From: Candidatus Pacearchaeota archaeon
GTDB taxonomy: Archaea; Nanobdellota; Nanobdellia; Pacearchaeales; GW2011-AR1
Reading direction: 5' to 3'
Length of the DNA stretch: 64,000 nt
Assembly (NCBI GenBank): GCA_018303855.1
Contig: JAGVXI010000012.1
Span: 2,403 to 66,402, forward strand
The notes under the pieces are model-generated. The model was not told the origin of the DNA. It saw only the letters and a program-made list of their open reading frames with translations, and made no database searches. The position numbers and the translations under genes are program-made. Numbering within the stretch: position 1 is the first letter of the stretch; each line of letters begins with the position of its first letter. This document shows positions 31,444 through 41,771 of the stretch, in pieces.

Positions 31444-31845
31444 ATGGCACAAGAAAAAAATCACCAAACAGAGAAGCCAGGAATTAATCTGGAAAAACTA
31501 GTTGAAGAAGCGAATTTTGGTTCTGTCAATGATGGTCTTGCAGGAAGTAGGGGTTCACTTAAGGAGTATGTTGCTTTTAAAAAAGATGAAAAGGCTTATT
31601 ATTTGTGGAGAAATTTTGGAGATGCGTTAAAAGAGAAAATAGCTATAGCAGTTTTTAAGGATAATGATTTTTCAACATTAAAAATATATGAGCTCCCAAC
31701 ATCTGAATTCTTAAGTCAATCATTAATTGCAGGAGAAAAGATTAAACTAAGCAAAGAAATACTTAAATATTCTGGTGAAAAAGCTTTGGAAGTTCTTAAA
31801 CATTGTGCGGAAGTTATTAAATATAGATTTAGGCATGGGGGATAA
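31444..31845 (+). CDS. hypothetical protein
   Basis: 133-aa ORF; stop followed by RBS-like ggggga and the TrmB ATG. Confidence 0.4.
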   Translation: MAQEKNHQTEKPGINLEKLVEEANFGSVNDGLAGSRGSLKEYVAFKKDEKAYYLWRNFGDALKEKIAIAVFKDNDFSTLKIYELPTSEFLSQSLIAGEKIKLSKEILKYSGEKALEVLKHCAEVIKYRFRHGG

Positions 31846-31846
31846 A

Positions 31847-32626
31847 ATGATAGTAAAACAAGAACTTATAAACAAAATAAAGGATTATTTTGATTTGAAT
31901 ATTTATGAAACTAAAGTTTGGTTAGCTTTGCTTGCTAAAGGTGTTGCTTCTGCAGGCGAAATTGCTGAGATTTCCGGGGTTCCAAGAAGCAGAACATATG
32001 ATGTCTTGGAGGGTTTGGAAAAGAGAGGGTTTGCAATAGTAAAGCTGGGCAAACCTGCAAAATATCTTGTAGTTAAACCACATATGATAATTGAAAAAAT
32101 GAAGAACAATACTGTTAGAGATGCAGAAGAAAGAGTTCAGATACTTTCAAAAGTAAAAGAAACAAAAGAATACCAAAATCTTGAGGATTTGTATAGGGAA
32201 GGAATAACTCCTATAAAAACCGAGGATGTTTCTGCTTCCTTGAAAGGAAAATCAAATATCTCTAATCATCTGCGTGAAATTTTGCAAAATGCCAAAAAAG
32301 AAGTTATAATCTGCACAAATGCTGCAGATATTTCAAATAAAATAAAGCTATTTGAGCAAACATTTGAAAGGCTTAAAAGCTCCGGGATTAAGATAAAAAT
32401 AGCTTTAACAGGGGATGAGGAACTTATTACCCAGCTTAGCAAAAAACTGAACATAAAGATTAAGCCAATTGGCATAGAAGCTAAATTTTTCATTATAGAC
32501 AGGAAAGAAATTTTATTTTACACCTCAAATTCAACAAAAGCAGCTGAAGACGATATAGCAATATGGCTTAATTCAGAATTTTTCGCAGAAGCTTTTGCAA
32601 GTTTGTTTGACAGGGCTGTGGGATAG
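31847..32626 (+). CDS. TrmB family transcriptional regulator
   Basis: N-terminal winged HTH: LNIYETKVWLALLAKGVASAGEIAEISGVPRSRTYDVLEGLEKRGFA. Start placed at ATG 31847 after the upstream stop (track ORF begins at 31775 inside the previous gene). Confidence 0.7.
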   Translation: MIVKQELINKIKDYFDLNIYETKVWLALLAKGVASAGEIAEISGVPRSRTYDVLEGLEKRGFAIVKLGKPAKYLVVKPHMIIEKMKNNTVRDAEERVQILSKVKETKEYQNLEDLYREGITPIKTEDVSASLKGKSNISNHLREILQNAKKEVIICTNAADISNKIKLFEQTFERLKSSGIKIKIALTGDEELITQLSKKLNIKIKPIGIEAKFFIIDRKEILFYTSNSTKAAEDDIAIWLNSEFFAEAFASLFDRAVG

Positions 32627-32638
32627 GAGAAAGACAAA

Positions 32639-32863
32639 ATGACAAATGCATTAAGAGATTCATTAAAAGCATTGGATGTGTGTCTTGTACCAACCTCTCT
32701 CCTTAGATTGATGCATAGTGATATAAAAGATGCCAGCAATGTTGGTATGCCCTATTCATTAAAAGAAAAATCAATATTATGCGGTTCAGTATTAGGAGCA
32801 GAAACAATAAGATTGGGTGTTTATGCCGGCGGAGTTGCTTTGTATAATATTCTTAGTTCTTAA
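32639..32863 (+). CDS. hypothetical small protein (74 aa)
   Basis: ORF only. Confidence 0.3.
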   Translation: MTNALRDSLKALDVCLVPTSLLRLMHSDIKDASNVGMPYSLKEKSILCGSVLGAETIRLGVYAGGVALYNILSS

Positions 32864-32874
32864 ATTAATTAAAA

Positions 32875-33135
32875 ATGGCAAAAGAAAATTTTTCTGAGGG
32901 CTACTTTCCTATGGGAATCATGGCTAAACAAAAATTAGAAGAGGTTAGAAATCTTTTAGAGGGGATTGTTGAAGTGTATAGAGATATACAGGATACAGGT
33001 CAGGAAAGAGTCAGAGATGCTACTTATTTTTTTATTAATGGCGGGATAATAAGGCTAGATAGTAAAGGAGTTAAACTATCTGAAAAAGTTAATAAAAACT
33101 TAACAAGTAGGATAAGGTTAATGCTTGGTTTTTGA
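32875..33135 (+). CDS. hypothetical small protein (86 aa)
   Basis: ORF only. Confidence 0.35.
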   Translation: MAKENFSEGYFPMGIMAKQKLEEVRNLLEGIVEVYRDIQDTGQERVRDATYFFINGGIIRLDSKGVKLSEKVNKNLTSRIRLMLGF

Positions 33136-33281
33136 CGAATAATAAGTGGAGATGAAAGTTGAATATATCTTTTAAGTATTAATAGTTTAGTTGTTTTATT
33201 ATTAAATGTTCTTACTCTGTTTTTGTTAAATGATTATTTTTTGGCATCAATAAATATGTGTTATATGCAAGGCTAAAGAGT

Positions 33282-34574
33282 TTATCCAACAATCCTCAAC
33301 TCTCTTATACTCATCTCATTAATTCTTCTTGCGTTTTTCTTTTTCCAGTTGTTTATGGAATTGTTAATTGAAAAATCAACCTTATTCTTAGCATAAAGTC
33401 TGCTGTTCTTTATTAAGTAATTTTTATGTGCTTTTTTAAAAGCCCTAGCATTATTCTTATCAGTTGTATGAGGCCCCTGCGTAATTATCTCTTTTTTAGC
33501 CTTTGCAGTAAAATAAACTTGCGCTGATTTTTTGTTGTAATAATCAAATCCCTTGCTTTTTACATCAAAATATATGCTTATTTCCTGCACCAAGAAATTA
33601 TAAAATTTAAATAGTTTACTTCCGGCTATGTCTCCTTCTTGTTTGTCTGTCGTTATTTCAAGCTGGATAAATTCTCGCTTATTTTTTTTAGCATTTTCTT
33701 TAATTTCATTAATGTTTGCACCTTTTAATTCAAATGCTTCCACTTTTGGATTATTAATAAATTTTTTACAAGTCTCTTTAAACTTTTCAAAAGTTTGTTC
33801 AGACAAGGCAGCCAAAGCATTTCTTTGTTTAAAAGTCGGATCAACTAAGATTATCGGCGACAGCAGTTTTGAGCTGTTAATATCCATCAGAATATTGGAT
33901 TTATTTTTATAATGCTTTTGCAAGTCTATTACAATTTTATCTTTCCCATTAGACTTAGCAACAGCCTTGATAAAGTTTATAAAACTCTTATAATGCAGAA
34001 TTAATAGCTCTAAAGAATACCCAGAAAAACCCCGAATATAGCTTTCAGCACCATAGCATTTATTTGCATAGCAAAACGCTTTAACCAGCATAACCTCATC
34101 AACAAGTTTTTTTGTCTTCAACTTATTTTTAACATACTTCACGTGGCTGTAAGACAAATCGGTTATGTTCTGAGCTTGATTGGGCTTTGATATTTTCATA
34201 ACAGGGATTAATTCAATGCAGAAATTATTAGCAGGAGTTACTTTAAAATAATCCCTTGAGCCGTGGATTAAGGTGTATTTTTCTCTGCTTGTTTTTAGTA
34301 TTTTTTCAGTTAAAGCTGAGATAGTATCTTGATTGTACTTTTTATCAAATCGTATAAAGATATCCACATCATAGATTTCTCTTTTTATGATTGTTCTTTT
34401 AGCAAAGCTTCCGCCAACAAAAACCTCTGCCTTAATCTTTTGTTTTTTTATCCCACGTTTTAATTTTTCCAGAAATTTGTTTAATATGGGGGTTATTTCT
34501 TTAAAATCATTTGAGGGGTTAACTTTAATTAAAACTTCTTTGAATATAGAGTTAACAGCGCTTTTGCTTTTCAT
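33282..34574 (-). CDS. cca: CCA-adding tRNA nucleotidyltransferase (archaeal class I)
   Basis: VFVGGSFAKRT...YDVDIFI (GS...DxD motif), ~430 aa. Confidence 0.75.
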   Translation of the reverse strand: MKSKSAVNSIFKEVLIKVNPSNDFKEITPILNKFLEKLKRGIKKQKIKAEVFVGGSFAKRTIIKREIYDVDIFIRFDKKYNQDTISALTEKILKTSREKYTLIHGSRDYFKVTPANNFCIELIPVMKISKPNQAQNITDLSYSHVKYVKNKLKTKKLVDEVMLVKAFCYANKCYGAESYIRGFSGYSLELLILHYKSFINFIKAVAKSNGKDKIVIDLQKHYKNKSNILMDINSSKLLSPIILVDPTFKQRNALAALSEQTFEKFKETCKKFINNPKVEAFELKGANINEIKENAKKNKREFIQLEITTDKQEGDIAGSKLFKFYNFLVQEISIYFDVKSKGFDYYNKKSAQVYFTAKAKKEIITQGPHTTDKNNARAFKKAHKNYLIKNSRLYAKNKVDFSINNSINNWKKKNARRINEMSIRELRIVG

Positions 34575-34776
34575 GAACTGATAAAGCTAAAGTAGTTTTT
34601 ATTTCTTTTCTTTGGTTAAATTTTGGTATATTGAAGTGTTGTGAAAATAAAATATGCAGGTTAATCTGCTAAACATTAAGATGCCAGTTACAATTGAGCA
34701 ACTTATATTTTGTTTTATCATTAAAATACTGCCTTAGTCTGCTTAACTCTGCTTTCTTAACAATCTTTTAAAGGAA

Positions 34777-35181
34777 TTATTCCGGTTCCCTAATCTCCTT
34801 AATATCTCTCATGTCTTTCTGCAAAGTTGAAGCTAAGTCAATTATATATTTCCCTTCTTCTAACTTGTAAATAAGGGGTCTTTTTTTGTTGAAAAGATTA
34901 ACAATATCAAGCTGAAATTTTCCCTCTCCCATAACCCTTATAGATTCAAGGTCAAGTATAACAGGAGCAGTGTCTTCTGAAATTCCAGCCATTTCCCTGA
35001 CATCTTTCTCAATCTGTTTTTTGTCTTCTGTAGGAATTTCAATTGGCTGTTCTCTTATTTGCTGCAATTGTTCATCTTTAATGTAAAAGAAAAAATGCCC
35101 CTTGCACTCCTTGCAACCCTCTAATAATTCACGGCTTCCAGACTCAATAATTTTACCGCAATGAACACATTGGTGAGGCAT
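34777..35181 (-). CDS. Zn-ribbon protein (archaeal DUF2072-like)
   Basis: N-terminal CVHCG...CKEC zinc ribbon; in a conserved Zn-ribbon / DUF2073 / GTPase triplet. Confidence 0.5.
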   Translation of the reverse strand: MPHQCVHCGKIIESGSRELLEGCKECKGHFFFYIKDEQLQQIREQPIEIPTEDKKQIEKDVREMAGISEDTAPVILDLESIRVMGEGKFQLDIVNLFNKKRPLIYKLEEGKYIIDLASTLQKDMRDIKEIREPE

Positions 35182-35453
35182 TTTATGATTTTTATTACTC
35201 TTGGTTTAATTAATCTAAAAATTATATAAACTTAATAAAGTTATCTGTGCTGTTTGTGTTTATTCTTGGGTTTTAGTGGGAAATAAATAGATAGTTAACC
35301 ATGGAACATAGGCGGGGTGACAAATGAAATATTATCGTGCATAAACTTTTGAGCTAATTATTGGTTTTAACTATTAAAAATTATAATGCCTTAGTTATAG
35401 ATATTATTAAACTCCAAGCATTAAAATTCTCAACCACAATAAAAAATTGAAGT

Positions 35454-35861
35454 TTACTTCAGTAACAATTCAATCTTTTTAGGATTTCGTTTCATTTCTT
35501 TAACAATTGTTGCGGGTCCTATAATTGTAACAGCGTTTATGTTTCCGCCTGTTAAAGCACTTGCAAGCCCTGATTTAAACTTGCTGTAAAATCCTTCATT
35601 TTCATTATTGCCGCTTATCACTGCTAATTCTATTCCCTTAAAACTTTTAATATGTCCAATCATTGCCATTGTATCCCCAATTAATCTTGTTTCTTCATCT
35701 GGCTGCAGTTTACCCTGCAGAATAAGAATATTATTGCCAAGAACAATTGACAGGATTTTTCTGATTCTTTGGGTGCTGTCTAAATCTCTGATTTCAGAAA
35801 ACGGTAAAAACTGTATGCTAAATCCCTTTATCTTTCCAAGCCTCTTCTCTATTTTTTTCAT
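35454..35861 (-). CDS. archaeal conserved hypothetical protein (DUF2073-like)
   Basis: 135 aa; position between Zn-ribbon protein and GTPase. Confidence 0.45.
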   Translation of the reverse strand: MKKIEKRLGKIKGFSIQFLPFSEIRDLDSTQRIRKILSIVLGNNILILQGKLQPDEETRLIGDTMAMIGHIKSFKGIELAVISGNNENEGFYSKFKSGLASALTGGNINAVTIIGPATIVKEMKRNPKKIELLLK

Positions 35862-36049
35862 TTTTCCCTCTTTTTTATGCCTTATTCTTTAATTGATAAT
35901 GTTTAATATGGCTTAGTCCTATGTAATATCACCATACTACTATCATTGACACGTTTGTATTAATTAACTTTTTCTCTTACCTCTTTTAATTTTACTAACT
36001 TTTTGCTTATCCTATATTAACCAATATTTTTTCCTTTTTAATTCTTACT

Positions 36050-36691
36050 CTAAATTTTTTTGCTTAATTCAAAAACTGATTCGTAAAATTCTTCAAGATT
36101 TGCTCCATATTTTGCAGATATTCCTACAACATCATATTCTGGAAATGCTGCTTCTATCTTTTTTATGTCTGCCTTTTTTAAATCAATTTTATTAGCAACA
36201 ACCAAAACCGGAATGTTTCTCGCTACGAGGTTGCCTATAATTGTAATATTAACTTGGTTATACGGATTTTCAGTTGCATCCAATACAACTACAACAACAT
36301 CCATATCATCAAGCCATTTTATTGCATCAACAACCCCCTGGGTTGCCTCTTTTGCCCTTTTTTTAGCCTCATTCTTTTTCAGCTTGAATTTCATGAAATC
36401 TTCATAATCAATTTTAGTAGCGATGCCAGGTGTATCAATGAGCTTAAATGTCATTACTCTCCCCTTGTATTCTATATCAACTTTTTCTTTAAACTGGACA
36501 CTTCTTGTTTCATGGGGGATTTTGCTGATTTTCCCAATTTCTTCTCCTGTAAAATCCTTGCAAATTCTGTTTGCAAGAGAGGTTTTTCCCGCATTTGGCG
36601 GTCCATAAAATCCGAGTTTTATATGGCTCTTACTCTTAAAAATATTAGAGAAGATTCTTTTAAAAAAATTCTTAAATATCTTAATAACCAT
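36050..36691 (-). CDS. small GTP-binding protein (Era/EngB-like GTPase)
   Basis: G1 GPPNAGKTS, G3 DTPG, G4 NKID. Confidence 0.75.
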   Translation of the reverse strand: MVIKIFKNFFKRIFSNIFKSKSHIKLGFYGPPNAGKTSLANRICKDFTGEEIGKISKIPHETRSVQFKEKVDIEYKGRVMTFKLIDTPGIATKIDYEDFMKFKLKKNEAKKRAKEATQGVVDAIKWLDDMDVVVVVLDATENPYNQVNITIIGNLVARNIPVLVVANKIDLKKADIKKIEAAFPEYDVVGISAKYGANLEEFYESVFELSKKI

Positions 36692-36749
36692 ATTAAATAT
36701 TGTTTAAAGTCTTTATTAAAGTTTTCTGTGGTTTATTGCTTATTTTGTG

Positions 36750-39428
36750 CTACCTTTCTTCTGGTTTTTTAACAGAAGGGCCTTTTGGACTTTGAGGCAT
36801 GATTTTTTTCTTATCTATTCCAAACGGGATAGATGGTCCAGGCATCCAGGTTTTTTTTCCAGAATATTTTTTAATGGCATAACTTATTTGCTCTCCAGAC
36901 CAACCAGCACTTTTTAGTTTTTCTTTAATCTGGCTGTCTGTGAGCCCCCTACTTTTTGCATTGTGTATATATGCAAGTATGTTAAAAAGATCATTTCTGT
37001 TTTTGAATAAATGGCTTTCATACCTTTGCTTATACCATATTTGCATCCCAATATAAGCTACAATCCCAATTAAAATTACTATAGCTAAAATTATAAGGAA
37101 AAGAGCAATAGGAAAAGGAACTGGTTTTGGAGGCTTTATCTCTGTTTCTATTGGCAATTCCTCTAAACTAGGCGAAATAAAAACCGGCAAATCAACAAAA
37201 CTAAAATCTTCTGTTGTAGAAAACATAAGTTTAGTATTGGGATTTTCTAATTCTATATAAGCATAGCCCTCTTTCACTTTTTCTGAATAATACTTATCAA
37301 ATTTTAAATTATCAATGCCTTCAAATATCACAAAAACAGGATAATCAAATGCCTCATTTGCTGACATATCTAACTCAAAAACATTCAGAGCAGGCGTTGA
37401 ATATCCGTCATATTCCGCAGTAAATTCTTCAAATTTTATCTTTGTATCTAAATTCAAGGCATTCCAGCCATAAACAGAGTCAATAGAATTATCTGTATCA
37501 CCGCTAAATTCGCTTCCGCCAATTTCTTCTAATATGTATAAATCAATAATCTCTCTTTCTGGAAAATACGGCAATAGCCCAGTGCTTTTGGTTTTTTGAA
37601 TTGATTCAGGAATATTTAAATTATTTAATTCCAGCATGATTTCAATGTATTTTTGCTCGGTTGCCGCATTTTTATATGCTTGCTGTAAACTTTTTATTTT
37701 ATCTTCTGTTCCAGCTGTATCAAACAAATTTTCCAGGCTTTCTCTAACAAATAAGCTGTAGCCAGTGATATTTAATTTTAAGTTTTCAAGAGCTTTTCTT
37801 TTTTCTTCCAGGGTTGTATTAACTATTTCTTGCGGCGAGCCGACTAAGATACTGAAAGTTTTCAAAGATGTTAAAAGCTCAGCATCTGTAACACTTAATT
37901 TCAATTCATATGTGCCTGTTGAATTATACATGTGGGTGGCTCTATTTATACTGGTTATTTGTTGTGCGCCATCGCCGAATTCCCATTCATATTTAGTAAT
38001 ATTTGTTTCTCCTTTTGTTATATAAGCAACAAATTCAGTTGGATTTCCAGCAGCAGCAGACTGGGGAAGAACTATTCTAATAGTTGGAATTTTCTCAATG
38101 GAGATTTCTTTTAATAATATCTCATCTCCTTTAAACTTTAAAGTGATAGTAGTATTGCCATATTCATTTGGAACAGAAAGGTGTGCCTCATCTAATTTTA
38201 AAATGCCATGATTCCCGCTGATTTTTGCAGCATTCTCGCTTAAGTCATAAATCCTGTCATCAACAATTAATCCCCCGGAAGTTTGCACTCTTGCTGTTAG
38301 ATTAGATAAAGTTATTTCCTGGGATGTTTCAGACACAAATTTTATTGGAATTATGCACCCAGCAGGCGCAGGGCAGTAATTGCTGTATTTTTCAGTTAAA
38401 TAATTGCTCATCTCGCTTGCTAAATTTATTCCATTAGACAATGAATTTTTTATTGTTTTGGCTCCAAATGCCTGGAATTTTTTTGGCTGCATAAAAATAT
38501 TGTAAGCAGCTATTTCTGTCGGGTTTGAATAAGGCAAGCCATAAAATCCGCATGCTGTTGCAGGAGCATCATTCCCCTGTATTCTATAATCCCCTGCTCC
38601 TGTGCTGGAACGGATGCATACATAATAATCTCCTGGTTCAAATAATTGCTTTATATCGCATGAAATTTCTGTTCCGTCTGGACTGGCACTTTGCGTTGGC
38701 AATTCACATCTTGTGCTCGGCAAACTATAGCCTTCTGTATCAAACACTTCCATATACAATTTCGCACTTGATTCAGATATCTTTTTCACCCATGCTCCGA
38801 TTCTAAATCCAGGAGCTTCTGGGAAATTTATTTTTTGGCAATAATAATTAACACCAAGAACATACTCTTTATTGGCTGATGTAAAACAACCTTTGCGTTT
38901 TAAAGAAGAGCATAAGGAATTAGATAAATTTTCGTTTTTAATTTCGAAAGTTTCATCATCAAAAATATCTATTTTTAATTGATTTGTGCAAGATTCTCCT
39001 GCATCACTTTTTATGGTTAGTTCAAATGATTCTACTGCAGAAACATCATTGCCGGTAAATTTTAATCCATAAACTGTAGATTGTCCTGGCAACAAGCTAA
39101 ATGTTTTTGTTGTCTCGCTGTTAGAACCAGCATATGCTGTGCCGCAATCTCCAGGCACACAAGAATAATCATATTCGTCATTTAATTCAAGCAATTTAAT
39201 AAGTGATATATTATCTCTATCATCTATCTGAAAAAGTGAGGTTGCAGGCTCATTGTTAAAACTTATGTTAATCCAACCCCTTAATGCATCATTCGGGGCA
39301 TATTGCTTTTCTATTGAATAATTGCTGACACTAAAGCTGGCTGATAAAACATTAAGGTTGATTAATAATAGGAAGGTTGTTAATAATAATAGCATGTTTA
39401 GTTTATTGTTAAACTTTTTAACTTTCAT
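36750..39428 (-). CDS. large type I membrane surface protein with PKD domain
   Basis: Signal peptide; ~800-aa ectodomain with PKD-like segment (KYEWEFGDGAQ...THMYNSTGTYELKLSVTD); C-terminal TM; ~110-aa K-rich cytoplasmic tail. Confidence 0.7.
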   Translation of the reverse strand: MKVKKFNNKLNMLLLLTTFLLLINLNVLSASFSVSNYSIEKQYAPNDALRGWINISFNNEPATSLFQIDDRDNISLIKLLELNDEYDYSCVPGDCGTAYAGSNSETTKTFSLLPGQSTVYGLKFTGNDVSAVESFELTIKSDAGESCTNQLKIDIFDDETFEIKNENLSNSLCSSLKRKGCFTSANKEYVLGVNYYCQKINFPEAPGFRIGAWVKKISESSAKLYMEVFDTEGYSLPSTRCELPTQSASPDGTEISCDIKQLFEPGDYYVCIRSSTGAGDYRIQGNDAPATACGFYGLPYSNPTEIAAYNIFMQPKKFQAFGAKTIKNSLSNGINLASEMSNYLTEKYSNYCPAPAGCIIPIKFVSETSQEITLSNLTARVQTSGGLIVDDRIYDLSENAAKISGNHGILKLDEAHLSVPNEYGNTTITLKFKGDEILLKEISIEKIPTIRIVLPQSAAAGNPTEFVAYITKGETNITKYEWEFGDGAQQITSINRATHMYNSTGTYELKLSVTDAELLTSLKTFSILVGSPQEIVNTTLEEKRKALENLKLNITGYSLFVRESLENLFDTAGTEDKIKSLQQAYKNAATEQKYIEIMLELNNLNIPESIQKTKSTGLLPYFPEREIIDLYILEEIGGSEFSGDTDNSIDSVYGWNALNLDTKIKFEEFTAEYDGYSTPALNVFELDMSANEAFDYPVFVIFEGIDNLKFDKYYSEKVKEGYAYIELENPNTKLMFSTTEDFSFVDLPVFISPSLEELPIETEIKPPKPVPFPIALFLIILAIVILIGIVAYIGMQIWYKQRYESHLFKNRNDLFNILAYIHNAKSRGLTDSQIKEKLKSAGWSGEQISYAIKKYSGKKTWMPGPSIPFGIDKKKIMPQSPKGPSVKKPEER

Positions 39429-39552
39429 CTTTTATTCTATATAATTAATACTTTTTATTATATATTCAAACCTCTTTTTATAAATAAATTATTATTAATC
39501 TGCTTATATGCTATCAATATGTGTTATTATTAGCAACTTCTAATCTCTTTTT

Positions 39553-41211
39553 TTATCTAAGTAATAATCTTCTTTTAACAATCAGGGAAGTATAAATAAT
39601 TATAAGTATAATGCTTGAAACCAAAAAATTAAACCAGCTGAAAAATCCAAGTTCAAGTGCTCCTTTGCATGGAATTGTCCTGCTTCCGTTAATGCAGGAT
39701 TGACTTTCTTGATTAGGATCATAATGGCAAACGCTTCCATCAGTATTGCAAATAAAATCGTCTTCTTGGCCAACAGGGATATCACTAGCCGTATAACTAT
39801 TTGATACATGCCAATCCCATCTTGCTGTCCAATCATATTTTAAAAAACCATCTGCGCAATTATCATCTGAACGTTTGTCAAATGTGCACTCTCCAACATT
39901 TGGGGAAATTCCCGTAGGGGTATCATCTATATCGGTTTCATAACCATAAACACCTTCACATTTTTCTTCAGCTACTTCCCATTCACACCTGCAATTTACA
40001 AGTTTTATCAATATTCCTTCATAGCTTGGATCATCCTCCCGCGCAATAAACCAATCACTCTCACAATTTCTCTCATCCTCTCTAAAAAAGCTTACAGTTT
40101 CCAAAGCTACTGAATATTCAGGACTAGTTTCATCTACACTATTACAGGTAGTTGGATCTCCATATTTACTGCAAAGAGTATCTGGAACTGATAGGACGCA
40201 TTCATCTGCAACACAATCATATCCGTTTAAGCAGCAAGATCCAATATAATCTGGTCTTTCACAATTAATTGATGCATCGCTTTCAAAAATTCCGTCTGCA
40301 AACCATTGCGGAAATGCTCCGCTTGTATCACATGTGATCACAGGTCCAGGAATTTCAGGTGCTTCTGTTACTATTAATTCTCCTGATTCTAATGTAGCAG
40401 AACCATCAAAATTATTTGTTGTAAAAACATATTCTGGGTCATTTGAAGGTATAACTAGAGGGTTGTCATTTTCCCATAAAGTTGTCCATGTAACAAGTGC
40501 AAACCCTCTGTCAACATCTGTTTGTAGTACAGTATATGAACCGGTTTTAATTAGGTCATCAATTAAAAAATCTCTCTCATAAATTCTATAATTAATTACT
40601 TCACCAACAGACAAATCAATTTCAAATTTCATATTCACCTCAGTTGGTGCTTGCACTGTTGTAACTTGTGTATTTGCATCATTTGCATCTACCCACGAAA
40701 GAGTTTCAGTTGGAGGAACAAAAGTCTGCTTACAGCAGATTTTAGTGGGGTAATCAGCAAATGCACCAACATGTGCATTATCGGGTGAAGACAGGGAAAA
40801 CAATTCTATATACCCATTAGAAATATCACAAGAGTTTGAACTTGCAACACATTCCAAATCTGCAAAACAGATATCTATAGGATAAGTGGTTCTTGCCGGT
40901 TCTTGTGCGTGGGCATTTGTTTGTGCAGATAAACCAACAACCTTATTTGTTCCAGAGCATGTGTGAGGATTTGCTGAGGTGAAATCACAACAGACTGTAT
41001 ATTGGTATGGATTAGGATCATCCCAAGTTTGTGCGTGAGCATTTGTCAAATCTGATAAACCCAAAATAATTTCATTAGTGTTTGTACAAGCACTTCTTTG
41101 TACAATAGAACAGCCGTCAGCACTCACAATCCAAGCTGAGAATATAACCAAGAGTATCCCAAAAACTAAAACCAATAATTCCCTCTTTAATTTCATGAAT
41201 ACTACAGCCAA
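39553..41211 (-). CDS. Cys-rich secreted/anchored surface protein with three internal TNAHAQ-type repeats
   Basis: Signal peptide; repeats LSDLTNAHAQTWDD...CC, LSAQTNAHAQEP...C, LSSPDNAHVGAF...CC; >30 Cys; C-terminal TM. Confidence 0.6.
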   Translation of the reverse strand: MAVVFMKLKRELLVLVFGILLVIFSAWIVSADGCSIVQRSACTNTNEIILGLSDLTNAHAQTWDDPNPYQYTVCCDFTSANPHTCSGTNKVVGLSAQTNAHAQEPARTTYPIDICFADLECVASSNSCDISNGYIELFSLSSPDNAHVGAFADYPTKICCKQTFVPPTETLSWVDANDANTQVTTVQAPTEVNMKFEIDLSVGEVINYRIYERDFLIDDLIKTGSYTVLQTDVDRGFALVTWTTLWENDNPLVIPSNDPEYVFTTNNFDGSATLESGELIVTEAPEIPGPVITCDTSGAFPQWFADGIFESDASINCERPDYIGSCCLNGYDCVADECVLSVPDTLCSKYGDPTTCNSVDETSPEYSVALETVSFFREDERNCESDWFIAREDDPSYEGILIKLVNCRCEWEVAEEKCEGVYGYETDIDDTPTGISPNVGECTFDKRSDDNCADGFLKYDWTARWDWHVSNSYTASDIPVGQEDDFICNTDGSVCHYDPNQESQSCINGSRTIPCKGALELGFFSWFNFLVSSIILIIIYTSLIVKRRLLLR

Positions 41212-41771
41212 AGCTATTTTATAAATGTTTTTCTACTGTCTTATATAGTTAATAATTGATAACCACTAACCTAAAAAATAATAAGCAATGTTGTTAACTC
41301 ATAAAACAACCGCTATAAGTCTCTCTTTTAATAATCTCTTAATCTTATTTTATATTGATTTTTTAGCAAGTAATTCATCGTTAATCACTTTTACCAACTT
41401 TTAAACTAATAGCTTCAATTTATTGACAATTTAATTTATTATTAATTGCGGTTAACAAAACTTATTAGCAAGATTAATCTTAGTTTAATAACACGCCATT
41501 TTCAACAAGTTTTTATAATTAATTAAATGTTTAAGAACTAATTAAATATTTAGCAAGAAATCCAATTACTTTAGTTGCTGTATGAATTGCATTATACGTG
41601 TTTATACAAGTGAGATATTTCTACGAGTATAATATTAACATATGCTAAATCTTGCTAGTGATTAGTAAATAATTAATTACAAAAACGCCATGGGCTTTAG
41701 CTCATGGAGAAACTAATATTAGTCACATGTTTTTATTTCTTAAAATTAATTTTACTAATATTTTAAAAAAT

